Notes under the pieces: generated by a model
Told to the model about the DNA's origin: nothing
Database searches by the model: none
The model's input: only the letters and a program-made list of their open reading frames with translations
Source of the DNA: Jimgerdemannia flammicorona
Taxonomy: Eukaryota
Direction of reading: 5' to 3'
Assembly: GCA_003990765.1 (NCBI GenBank)
Contig: RBNJ01000088.1
Location: forward strand, 1-42,519
DNA length: 42,519 bases
Translations under genes and position numbers: made by a program
Part shown: positions 1-10,921 of the stretch, piece by piece
How positions within the stretch are numbered: position 1 is the stretch's first letter
Layout: each line of letters starts with the position of its first letter

Positions 1-1020
1 CTTAGTATCAAAGTTGTCATTCTCAACCAATTGCAGTTGATATAATTGCAAACGTCACGCGGTACAAGGGTCTAGACCTCTATTTATACGAGTTTTATTA
101 TTATCATGAGATTCCAAATATACTGCCCCACACTTGCGTATTTGCTAGAGAACTTTATTTTATACACCTAATGTGATCAAATGTCTATGGTGGCAACAAA
201 CAATGCTCAATATTATATATACTGGCAGATCGAAACAAAGCTCTCAAGCTTGTATTTTTATCACTATCGTTTCCACGTGCTTCCCTAACACCAATCGATT
301 GGCTATCAGTATATACACATCAACCAATCACAATTTGACGCATAAAAATGTCGAGTCTAGCATTTTTATGCGTCAATCTTAAATTACACTTCCATGTAAA
401 ACTATTATAATCAGCCACTTTCAAAAATCGAGCATAATATACAATTTGAGTGCTTGGAACATATAAAGACCTATTATGATTATCGCACTCACTTACTATC
501 CAACATCTTTCTTTAAAGGCTGTCCATATTGCTTTTCGGTGATCCGAATTATCAAATCTAATATATATGCACCAATCACAATATAATTCGGAGGATTGGA
601 GAGTTCCACTGTAAGTAGAATAAATGCAATCTGAATTTGATGATGGTCATGGAAAGATGCATATGATTAATTCACCATAATTAGCTATTATTAAAATGTA
701 ATTAACTCACCATTCGAGATCCAATATATATTTGATGATGAATATTTGCGAATTGACACAGCATTATCTCCGCCTCCCCATCCCATGCCCTGCGCCCGCC
801 GTTAGAGAATTTCGGGTGATCCGAATTGTTGGTATCAAATTTAATACACAATTTGACGCATAAAAATATCGAGTCTGGCATTTTTATGCGTCAAATTGAT
901 ATGGATGCGAATTTTATTAACTATAAGAAAATACTCTTTGAATATGCTGGCAACAACTTCCTACTCCTTTCTTAATATCTTTAATTTATATATAATTAGA
1001 TACAAATAATCGCACTTAAA

Positions 1021-1670
1021 AATTGTGTTACCAAATCAATCACCTGATCGTGTGCCCATATAGTAATCGTGTGCCCAATATAAAATTTACAATAAGATCA
1101 TATGACCATTGCCAAATGCCTTTTACAAACCAAATAAATTTGACGCTAGACTAAGCGTTAAATCTTAATTATGTTGATATCGAAACTTACCTATTTCATA
1201 TTTGTTAAAGTATTTGTTGTACAGTTGCATCTCAAATATAAGCTGGAATCTCCAGTTTCAAACTAGATAACAAAGCTCTTAAGTATTGTACTAATATGAA
1301 AGAATCTGTGAGATTATTAATACGAGTTGAATTATTTAAACTTAAGTAATTCGAGCTTTGAATATGCAGTTGAAATTTATTCTAGCAAGAGTAATATGTA
1401 AGAGCTTTCTCTTAACTACACTGCATATTCCCAGGACTTTTTTGTTTATTGATTCTGAAGACTATCACTCACTTTACTTGAGTTTGTCTTAATATATGAC
1501 TTCAGTACATTATTATCTATCTCTAAGCCTTTAAACTTCCAATTTTCAATTCTGGCGGACAAAACGCATGGGGTAGATGGAATGGTCATGTGATTTTACT
1601 ATAAAATTTATATTGGGCGCACGATTATTTTATGGGCACACAACCAGACGATTATTTTTAGTCGCATGAT
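1021..1670. mobile_element. MITE-like module: ~90-bp imperfect inverted repeats around a non-coding core (copy 1)
   Basis: The left arm ~1021-1112 (acctgatcgtgtgcccata...gtgcccaatataaaattt...atgaccatt) is the approximate reverse complement of the right arm ~1579-1670. No target-site duplication or transposase was identified. Confidence 0.5.
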
Positions 1671-1908
1671 CCCAAATCAATATGATGCAATTATCGATCT
1701 ACCAGTATATGTAAAAGATGATATATTAGTTATTGCGAGCAATTCAAAAATTACGATATTTGATCACAATAATAACATCCGAATTCTAATAATTTTAGAA
1801 TGTGCTTTAAATATTCTATCCATTATTTTAAGATGGGGATAAAGTAAAAGCTAGATTGTTTACAGGAGACCATGTAAACTTGTTTTGCATAATATATCGC
1901 AAAGCAAT

Positions 1909-2052
1909 TTGACGCATAAAAATGCTAGACTCGACATTTTTATGCGTCAAATTTCAATAATCATGTGATAACATCATTAAACCAATCAGATATTAGCGCA
2001 TAAAAATGCTAGACTCGACATTTTTATGCGTCAAATTTTTTAATAATCATGT
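1909..2052. repeat. 84-bp-period tandem array of palindrome plus conserved linker
   Basis: Palindromes at 1909 and 1993 are separated by tttcaataatcatgtgataacatcattaaaccaatcagata. Confidence 0.9.
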
Positions 2053-2187
2053 GATGTAGTAATATTGTTGGTTTTGATACCGATCACTTGAAATTTATAT
2101 TGGGCACACATAACACATGAGATTTTGAATCATAACGCTCTGTCATTTTTAATTATAATTATATGTACTATTTACAGGAATATACAA

Positions 2188-2901
2188 TTATTGAAATATA
2201 CACTGTACTACTGTTGTCTGTTTTTTTCGACTATAAGGCCATTTCAAATCTCGTCGTGTTGGTAAGATCATCTTCCCACCCCCACATATCCGCACGGCAT
2301 TCGCAATCAAAGTCACCCTCCGGAGACTATCACCACTCCACCGTTTGTTGAATATATTCAAAGTCTTTTTTTGCGAGAGTGCTAGCATACCTTCAATGTC
2401 GCTATTTTGCACCCCAGATAATGATGGTTCGGGTGGGATATCTGCGAGCGGAATATTGATGATGTCAGAATATGATAATAAATTTGGTAGTAATAACCCA
2501 GCCTCCTCACCTGCGAGCGCTTGTGCAGTCAATTTAGCAATGGGTTTGGTGTATCCAATAATGACGTGGATGTGCTCATCGTTGAGAGGATCGGGGAAGC
2601 ACCTCTGTACTTTGAATAATACTGGTAGCTTTTCACCACACAATACATCGGCGATGGCAGAGTTGGGGTTGGCTTTTAATGTAGTGAGCACATCGTTTGG
2701 TGTATAAAGAGGTATATCGACTTTCCAAAGAGCAAGGTTTGTGATCACGATGTAGTCAAAACGTGGTTTCAACTTCTCTTTCATACGTTCTCTCAGATCG
2801 TCAATATTAGCACTTTGGTGAATCTTGACAGAAAAAACATGGTTGGAAGGTGGAGTGTCACCATGGACAAGACAGTTGAGCGTGATATTGTCGGTTGACA
2901 T
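2188..2901 (-). CDS. Crinkler (CRN) N-terminal ubiquitin-like domain protein, C-terminally truncated
   Basis: ITLNCLVHGD..HVFSVKI...IDDLRERMKEK...LALWKVDIP...HIHVII matches the fungal/oomycete CRN N-terminal domain. There is no recognisable full effector domain downstream. Confidence 0.85.
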   Translation of the reverse strand: MSTDNITLNCLVHGDTPPSNHVFSVKIHQSANIDDLRERMKEKLKPRFDYIVITNLALWKVDIPLYTPNDVLTTLKANPNSAIADVLCGEKLPVLFKVQRCFPDPLNDEHIHVIIGYTKPIAKLTAQALAGEEAGLLLPNLLSYSDIINIPLADIPPEPSLSGVQNSDIEGMLALSQKKTLNIFNKRWSGDSLRRVTLIANAVRICGGGKMILPTRRDLKWPYSRKKQTTVVQCIFQ

Positions 2902-2902
2902 T

Positions 2903-2973
2903 CTGTGTACAAACAGTTGTTAGTGTTAATATAATGGTTCTGATGGAAATGGTGTTCAGTTCATACAACTTAC
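2903..2973 (-). other. Spliceosomal intron in the 5'UTR of the CRN gene (71 bp)
   Basis: Minus strand shows a GTAAGT donor (2973-2968), ACTAAC branch point (2924-2919) and CAG acceptor (2905-2903) one base before the ATG. Confidence 0.75.
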
Positions 2974-3046
2974 TGTGGTTGTGATTGTCGCGTTATCAAA
3001 CAGATGTGGATTACGCGTTATCAAATGGATAACTAAGGTGGCTTGG

Positions 3047-4060
3047 TCATTCTCAACCAATCGCAGTTGATATAAATTGCGGTACAAGAGGGTCTAGACC
3101 TCTATTTATATATTACCCTTAGTTTTATTATTATCGCAAGGTTCCAAATAAATGTACATATACTGCCATCACCACCCCCTCCCCCTTCCCCGCCCCACAC
3201 TTGCGTATTTGCTAGAGAACTTTATTTTATACACCTAATGTGATCAAATGTCTATGGTGGCAACAAACAATGCTCAATATTATATATACTGGCAGATCGA
3301 AACAAAGCTCACAAGCTTGTATTTTTATCACTATCGTTTCCACGTGCTTCCCTAACACCAACCGATTGGCTATCAGTATAATATATACGTTAACCAATCA
3401 CAATTTGACGCATAAAAATGTCGAGTCTAGCATTTTTATGCGTCAATCGTAATTATGTAGTCCGATTACACTTCCATGTAAAATATTCAAAATTTGAGTG
3501 CTTGTTATTAAATGGAACATATCTTATAAAGATCTATTATATTTCTCTTATGATTATTGCACTCACTTACTATCCAACCTCTTTCTTATAAATTGTATGC
3601 TTTTCGGGTGATCCGAATTATCAAATCTAATATATATATGCACTAATCACAATATAATTTGGATATTACATGGGTCCATCAGGATGAAGTAGAAGAAATA
3701 CAATCTGATAATAAATTTGATGATGGTCATGGAGTTGACACTGAAGATGCATGTCCATATGATTAATTCACCATTATACTACTCAATTAGCTATTATATT
3801 AAGGTAATTAACTCACCATTGTACTGCCGAGATCAAATATTTTAATAATATGCATTTTTGATGGTGAATATTTGCGAATTGACACCACATTATCTTAGAG
3901 CATTTGCTAGAATTTCGGGTGATCCGAATTACTGGTATCAAATATACCTGCAGAGTTTGAGCTAAATTTACCTCGTGATAGTAAGATCATTTGTGCTGGA
4001 ACTAAATTTAGCACATAAAAATATCGAGTCTGGCATTTTTATGTATCAAATTATTTATCA
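3047..4060. repeat. Copy 2 (partial) of the ~2-kb repeat unit
   Basis: Near-identical to ~16-900, including palindromes at 3405 and 4008. Confidence 0.9.
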
Positions 4061-4134
4061 ATACCTGGCAACCCGATACATTAAATACCCCACACTAAAT
4101 TATCGCTGCTCCCCTCTCCCACCCTGCACTTATC

Positions 4135-4955
4135 ATGAATCACCAACTCATCGCCATCTGTTCTAATACAGATAGCAGTGCATTTACAGAGCCATAGGCA
4201 TTAGCTATATGCGAAGCTTTCAGTGCTGAAACTTCTGGAATTGTCATGAGCATCAGACAAAATATATCCTTTGGTGCCAGAATTTCCGACTTGCCTAGTG
4301 CAGTATTTGTAATGCATCTATGGTCATGGCTTCACGAATCAGACTTAGCCAGTATTGCAACACAAAATTTGTATATAGTGTGGCAAGATAACCAATCATT
4401 TCATCGATATCAGCAGACCATTGCACATGAAAATGATCAAAATTTGCAGTGTCATCACAGCCACGCGTCCCCCAGCGCTGGTCCCTCGACAATATACACA
4501 ACAGTGATTTGTGCAGACGGTATTTCTGCTCCTTGTATCTGCCATCGATAATGCTGCTGTCGAGATCGCTGACAGTTTTCCGCTCGATAACGATATCAAG
4601 GACAAATTCGTGGCCATCTGAACTCTTGGCAACAAACATCATGTCCCCCGAGCGAGTTTTCGCATGGATGTTACATCTGTGTAAGTTGTCTATCAGAAAG
4701 TTCTTTTATAATCAATGTGATTTCATAAGGCGGATCGGATTCAATCAATGTATCCCATTGGTGGAACATCTCGGGGGATGTGGTGGTGGTGGTGATAGTT
4801 GTTTTGGTGGCGAATTACACAATGGGACATATGACAATTCTTTCCTCAGCCATACTGCTATCTTTGGCCCAATACCATTGTTTGTTTGTTTGAAATAGGA
4901 TTTTATTCCCACCCCCGTTCCACGGTTACATCTCCAATATCTCGGTGTATATCAT
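4135..4955 (-). pseudogene. mus81: Frameshifted Mus81-like ERCC4 structure-specific endonuclease
   Basis: N-terminal HhH NGIGPKIAVWLRKEL (~4835-4880). ERCC4 core GDMMFVAK..EFVLDIVIERKTVSDLDSSIIDGRYKEQKYRL (~4510-4650). C-terminal HhH KDIFCLMLMTIPEVSALKASHIANAY (~4190-4272). The pieces are in different frames with stops between them. Confidence 0.85.
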
Positions 4956-5046
4956 AATTTGATTCTTATAAAAAAAAGATCAATAAACATAACGAAACAA
5001 ATGCATATACCCACACACCATACAAAAACACTACTACTTTACAATA

Positions 5047-6574
5047 ATGATTGAGGAAATAACTACTGAGAATATGTTCAGCATGTTTGAAGTTGTAGAA
5101 CACATTGATATGTTCTGCAATCTTGATCCATTATTCGGTGATCAGCATGATTATGTTCTATCCGACCACACAACGCCAGAACTTCAAGCTATGCCAGGCA
5201 CACTGAAACAATCGTGTGATGGTGAAGATGATTTTTCCAAACAAGCGAGCAAAATCAGAATCGTGCTTTGAAGCCATCATAGACGGCTACGCTGTCATGG
5301 GTTACCCTATAGGGTACAGCATCCTGGAATTCCTTGGCATCCTCAAGGCCAGGGGAGTTATAATCAAGGCTACGACAGATACTATTACATTCAGTATCTT
5401 TCCTGGTGAACCCATTGTATATAATACAGCAGATAAAGGTGAATCCAGCATCCGAGTTGGCGAAGTAGAAATGCCCGTAACACCGCCTACGGAAACCGAA
5501 AATCTGTTATATACAAACTCTGGGCCTTCTTCCGCCTCTGCTGGCTCTGGGTTCGCTCCCTTGGCTCCTGCTGGGCCTTCTTCCTCCTCCGATTCTGTAA
5601 TATCGTCGGCGACATCTCCTGTACCATGTACGGATTCCGAAACATCATCGGTGACATCTCTCAGACGCTCTTTACGGATACATCATCAAACCCCAACTGA
5701 AGATATGGTGGCTAAAGAGGTATCAGCCGCACGAATACCTTGCCTCTCGGGTGTGGCTACCTCATCACCTGTGCCCATTTCAAATGCAGTGAAACCTTCA
5801 CCTGCAAAAGCAACGAAAACTTTTAAGGACCGCAAAACGGGAGCTCCAAGCCTCATCGTAACCTTAACTGACCGTATTACAAAAATAGTAAGTGGCGAGA
5901 TTACTGCTGATACGCATGTTCAAGGTCTGATTATAGATGATGAATCAGAATCAGATGGTGATGAATCAGATGATGATGAAAAAGATAAACGAGAACCAGT
6001 TAATGATTCTACTGTCGAAAAAATGGAGAGAACAAATAATACTTGTAACAAGTTAGGTAAAACGGAGTCTCGTGCGATTGCATCATGGTTGGTCACAAGT
6101 GCAATCACGAGTGCATACAGAGTGAGTGGAGATGCATCGGTGCACAAAACTCATCAAGTCAAGCAATGTGGTGACATGGTATTTGTCTCAACGGCTTGCC
6201 AGAAACGAAAATTGAAAGGTTCAACACGGGAATATAGCAATAACTATAGAGTTGGACGACGAATGATGATTCTGAAAAGGATCTTCAATAATTGGTCTAT
6301 TTTTAGTTGTGGGCTGATTACTTATTCATTTCTGTTAAATTTGAATGTTTTCGAGTTTGAAAGAACAGTTGATTGGTTACTAGAAGAAAATTCAAAAGGC
6401 CTTATCACAGATTTTAATGAACATTACCCGTCAAGTAGGGATAGCCTGACAAATGCATTAGTTGAATTTGGGGAAAATAGGGACATAAGTGAGCAAGATT
6501 TAACATATTTAGATAGCGCGATTAATAATTTAGATTTGGGTTGTAACAAAGATATATTCGAAAGTCAAGTATAA
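5047..6574 (+). CDS. Hypothetical protein, probably one gene split by a 1-nt frameshift (5047-5271 plus 5216-6574)
   Basis: The two ORFs overlap at the T5 run gatttttcc (~5233-5237), and removing one T fuses them. The downstream ORF lacks a good ATG start. It has Ser/Pro-rich and acidic low-complexity tracts. Confidence 0.6.
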
Positions 6575-6959
6575 TTTTGTAACATAGTATTTATTTTCAT
6601 AGTATTGCTAGTTTTAAAAATATTAAAAAATTATAAAACATATCAATCAGCAGCATTCCAAAAATCGTTTGCATGGAACTGACTATAGTTGGGCAAAATG
6701 AAAATTGGATTGTAGACAATTTCGAACAATTTCTACGAAATATAACCAACTAGTTTCGCATCAACTATATTTTAGGTATGGATTCGCCATAGAGCCAAAC
6801 AACGGCTTGGCCTACTTCCAATTTCCCATTGTATAATTGTTGTAGGACCTGGTCAAAGATATTTAATGGTGCAGCGCCAAAATTGGCATGACCATTTAAA
6901 AGATATACCAACCCAAGTCATCTTTACCCTCTGGTATTAATGATGGCAATCTCCCACCA

Positions 6960-8652
6960 TTTATAACATATACGAGTTTTATTATTATCCGGCTAAATGT
7001 ACATATACTGCCATTGCCACTCCACCCCCCTCCCCCCCCTCCTCTCCATCTGTTAGAGTGTTTGCTAGAGAACTTATTCATTTGAGGTCATCCAGTCTTC
7101 TGGTTGTGTGTCCAGTATAAATTTCAGGTGATCTGAATTATTCATATGTGCGCCCAATAGTCACATGATTGTGCGCCCAAGATTCGGGGAGTTCCGCTGT
7201 TGAAAGTATATCCATGAATTTGATGATGGTCATGGAGTAGACGCTGGAGATGCATGATTAATTCACTTGATTAGCTATTATTAAAGAGTATTAGGGTAAT
7301 TAACCCACTATTATACTACTCGAGATATAATACGTATTGAATAATTGCATGAAATTGACACAGCATCCCCGTCCAATCCTACGCACAATTTCAGGTGATC
7401 CAAATTACTGGTATCAAATATACGTGCATCAAATTATATGGATGTTGAGTTTATTAACCATTTTAACATAAATGTAATAAATCTTTGAATAGCTCCAACA
7501 TACTGGCAACAACCTCTCATCCTTTTCTTAATATCTTTAATTTATAAATCCTCTTAATCTACAGGAAGCAAAATGTTATTATATAATGACAACCTTCTAA
7601 ACTTGTAGGGTATTCTTTGAATTTGATTCTAATAATTGTGCCATATATTGATTTAAAAATTGTGCGACTAAAGTTAATCACCTGATCGTGTGCCCATATT
7701 ATAAATTGTGTGCCCAATATAAATTTTACATTAAGATCATATGACCATTCCATCAGCTTGCCAAATATCTTATTACAAACCAAATAAATTGATATCGAAA
7801 CTTACCAATATTGCGCCTATTTTATTTTATTAGAGAATTTTGTACAGTTGCATCTCCAATATAAGCTGGAATTGCTAGATAACAAAGCTCTCAAGTATTG
7901 TACTAAATGAAAGAATCTGTAAGAGTGTTAATACGAGTTGAATTATTTAAACTTAAGTAATTCGAGCTTTGAATATGCAGTTGAAATTTATTCTAGCAAG
8001 AGTAATATGTAAAAGCTTTCTCTTAACTACATTGCCTATTCCCAGGACTTTTTGTTTATTGATTCTGAAGACTCACACTCACTTTACTTGAATTTGTCTT
8101 AATATATGACTTCAGTATATTATTATCTATCTCTAAGCCTTTGAACTTCTAAAACTTAGTAATTTTCAATTCTGGCAGACAGGTTGATGAAATGGTCATG
8201 CGATCTTACTGTAAAACTTATATTGGGCGCACGATTATTTTATGGGCACACAATCAGATGATTATTTTTAGTCACATAATTTCAAATATAATGGTTGAGC
8301 ATTATTAGTACTTAATATGTAAAAAAATTGCAACATTTGATCATGATAATAAAATCTGCATTCTAATAATAGAATGTGCTTTAAATATTCTATCCAATAT
8401 TATAAGCTAGATTGTTTACAGGAGACCATGTAAACTTGTTTTGCAAAGTAATTTGACGCATAAAAATGCTAGACTCGACATTTTTATGCGTCAAATTTCA
8501 ATAATCATGTGATAATATCATTAAACCAATCAGATATTGACGCATAAAAATGCTAGACTCGACATTTTTATGCGTCAAATTTCAATAACCATGTGATAAC
8601 ATCATCGAACCAATCAAATATTAACGCATAAAAATGTTGAGTCTAGCGTCAA
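6960..8652. repeat. Copy 3 of the ~2-kb repeat unit, ending in a three-palindrome 84-bp array (8453, 8537, 8621)
   Basis: Colinear with ~600-2050. Confidence 0.88.
7658..8280. mobile_element. MITE-like inverted-repeat module (copy 2)
   Basis: Arms 7658-7751 and 8189-8280 are approximate reverse complements. The core is nearly identical to ~1180-1560. Confidence 0.5.
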
Positions 8653-10455
8653 TCTTAATTATACACTTCATCGGCCACTTTCAAAAATTGAGCATAATAT
8701 ATAATTTGAGTGCTTGCTAATAAGATATTATAAAGACCTATTATATTTCTCTTATGATTATCGCACTCACTTACTATCCAACCTCTTATAAATTGTATAC
8801 TTTTCGAGTGATCCGAATTATAATTGGAAAGTATCATGATGAAGTAGCAATCTGAATTTGATGATGGTTGTGGAAATTATTAAAAGGTAATTAACTCACC
8901 ATTGTACTACAAATATTTAATAATACGTATTTGATGGTGAATATTTGTGCATTATATCCGCCTCCCCACCCCCTGCCCCGTACCCGCCATTAGAAATTAC
9001 TGATATCAATTTGACGCATAAAAATGTCGAGTCTGGCATGCGTCAAATCATTAACTATGAAAATACTCTTTGAATAGCCCCCCAGCATGCTGGCAACAAC
9101 CTCCTACCCCTTTCTTAAATATATTTAATCCCCAAATCTACAAGAAGCTATATCAAAGAAAAGTTATTATATGATGGAAACCTTGTAGGGTATTCTTTAT
9201 GTACTTGGCGTAATTTAAAAATTGTATTACCAAATCAGTCACCTGATCGTGTGCCCATATAATAATCGTGTGCCCAATATAAAATTTACAATAAGATCAT
9301 ATGACCATTGCCAAATGCCTTTACAAAATTTGACGCTTAAAAATGCTAGACTCGACATTTTTAAGCGTTAAATCTTAATTACGTCACATCGATTGAAACT
9401 TGCCAACACAATTATTCACCAATATCGCCAAATATAATATTTGGATCTAATATGAAGACAATGTTCTCCAGAATACTTTATTTATCTGTAAGAATCTGTG
9501 AGGAGTGTTGATACACGTTGAATTATTTAAACTTAAGTAATCCAAGCTTCGAATACTATAATGCAGTTGAAATTTATTCTTGGGAGATTGTTATAAGCGA
9601 GAGTAAAATCATTTGGTACATATCTTTTGTGCAAATTCAATTTATATTGGGCACACGGTTTTACAATACAATCAGGTGATCAAACATAGATTAAATAATA
9701 GCCAAAATTTAATTGTGTAGAGATAACTCGATATGCTCAGAACTTGGGTTTTGTAATATTATTAGCAATTTTCTAGTTTATGTGAGAATAGCACTAAGTA
9801 AAATCATTTATTTCAAGCAATATCATAATTGTACTACATAATTCAGATTTAACATATAAAATGGCATATATTCATAAAATAACTATCAAGCTAGTATTTG
9901 AAGGAGTGTATGTATCGATAAGAATTAGTAATTTTTAATTCTGGCATATAGACAGAAAGATATAAGCCAAACGCTGGAATGGTCATGTGATCTTATTGTA
10001 AAATGTATATTGGGCCCATGATTGTTAAATCGATGCAATATAATGTTGAGAATTATTAGTACTTGATATGTAAAGAATGATATATTGCCAGCAATTACAT
10101 CTGATCACCATAATAAAATTGGTATTTTAATAATTGAACATTTAGAACATGCTTTAATTTTAATATTCTATCCAGTATTTCAAGATGAAGATAAAGTAAA
10201 AGCCAAATGGTTTACAGGAGACCATGCACGACATATTGTAAAGAGACGCATAAAAATGCTAGACTCGACATTTTTATGCGCAAATTTCAATAATCATGTG
10301 ATAACATCATTGAACCAATAAAATATTAACGCATAAAAATGTCGAGTCTAGCATTTTTATGCGTCAAATTTCAATAATCATGTGATAACATCATTGAACC
10401 AATAAAATATTAACGCATAAAAATGTCGAGTCTAGCATTTTTATGCGTCAAATTA
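8653..10455. repeat. Copy 4 of the ~2-kb repeat unit, ending in a three-palindrome array (10245, 10326, 10410)
   Basis: Begins with sequence matching 377-560. Contains the left IR arm at ~9219-9312 and right-arm copies at ~9640-9680 and ~9976-10025. Confidence 0.85.
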
Positions 10456-10921
10456 TCCAGCCTGGCGATAGTCAACAAGTACACCGATTCAAAAAATTGA
10501 TTGAGATCATAAGTGAGAACAACTTATTGCGTGATTTTATTGTGGGCACATGATTGAGGGATATGTGCACCAATAGTATGGTAAAATTTGACGCATAAAA
10601 ATGTCGAGTCTAGCATTTTTATGCGTCAAATTTCAACATGCATGACATTTTTTTTTTATATCTGACTCAAATTTCATTGTAAAATACGAAATCTTTATTA
10701 TATGCTGTTCAGAGCTGGATAATTATCGAGTTAGATAAATGTGCATTGTCGCTAATGATGGATTGTTCAATGCTATAAAATTCTATCGTTATTGACAAAT
10801 AGACTCTAATTCATTAGCTGAACATTCTTTCTTGCCATTTCGTCAAGCACCAATAAATCGTGTATAACATGCAAATCACAATTACATGTTCCAAACCAAA
10901 TAAAGTCTGATTTCTCACACA

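Larger units (their letters stand above)
16..2130. repeat. Copy 1 of a degenerate ~2-kb non-coding repeat unit
   Basis: Sub-blocks recur in the same order at 3047-4060, 6960-8652 and 8653-10455, e.g. gtcattctcaaccaa at 16/3046 and gttgaattatttaaacttaagtaa at 1326/7937/9517. Confidence 0.9.

Noticed and set aside
173-3452. Duplicated ~70-aa ORFs (173-382 and 3240-3452), also 3975-4166, 10085-10321 and 36389-36635
   Set aside because: They have mostly non-ATG starts, lie within non-coding repeats and read through the palindrome (HKNVESSIFMRQ is simply its translation).
4246-4898. Plus-strand ORFs 4246-4551 and 4449-4898
   Set aside because: They are antisense shadows of the Mus81-like pseudogene.
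1909-10451. Palindrome-linker arrays as a CRISPR array
   Set aside because: Linkers between repeats are near-identical rather than unique, arrays have only 2-3 repeats, and no cas genes are present.
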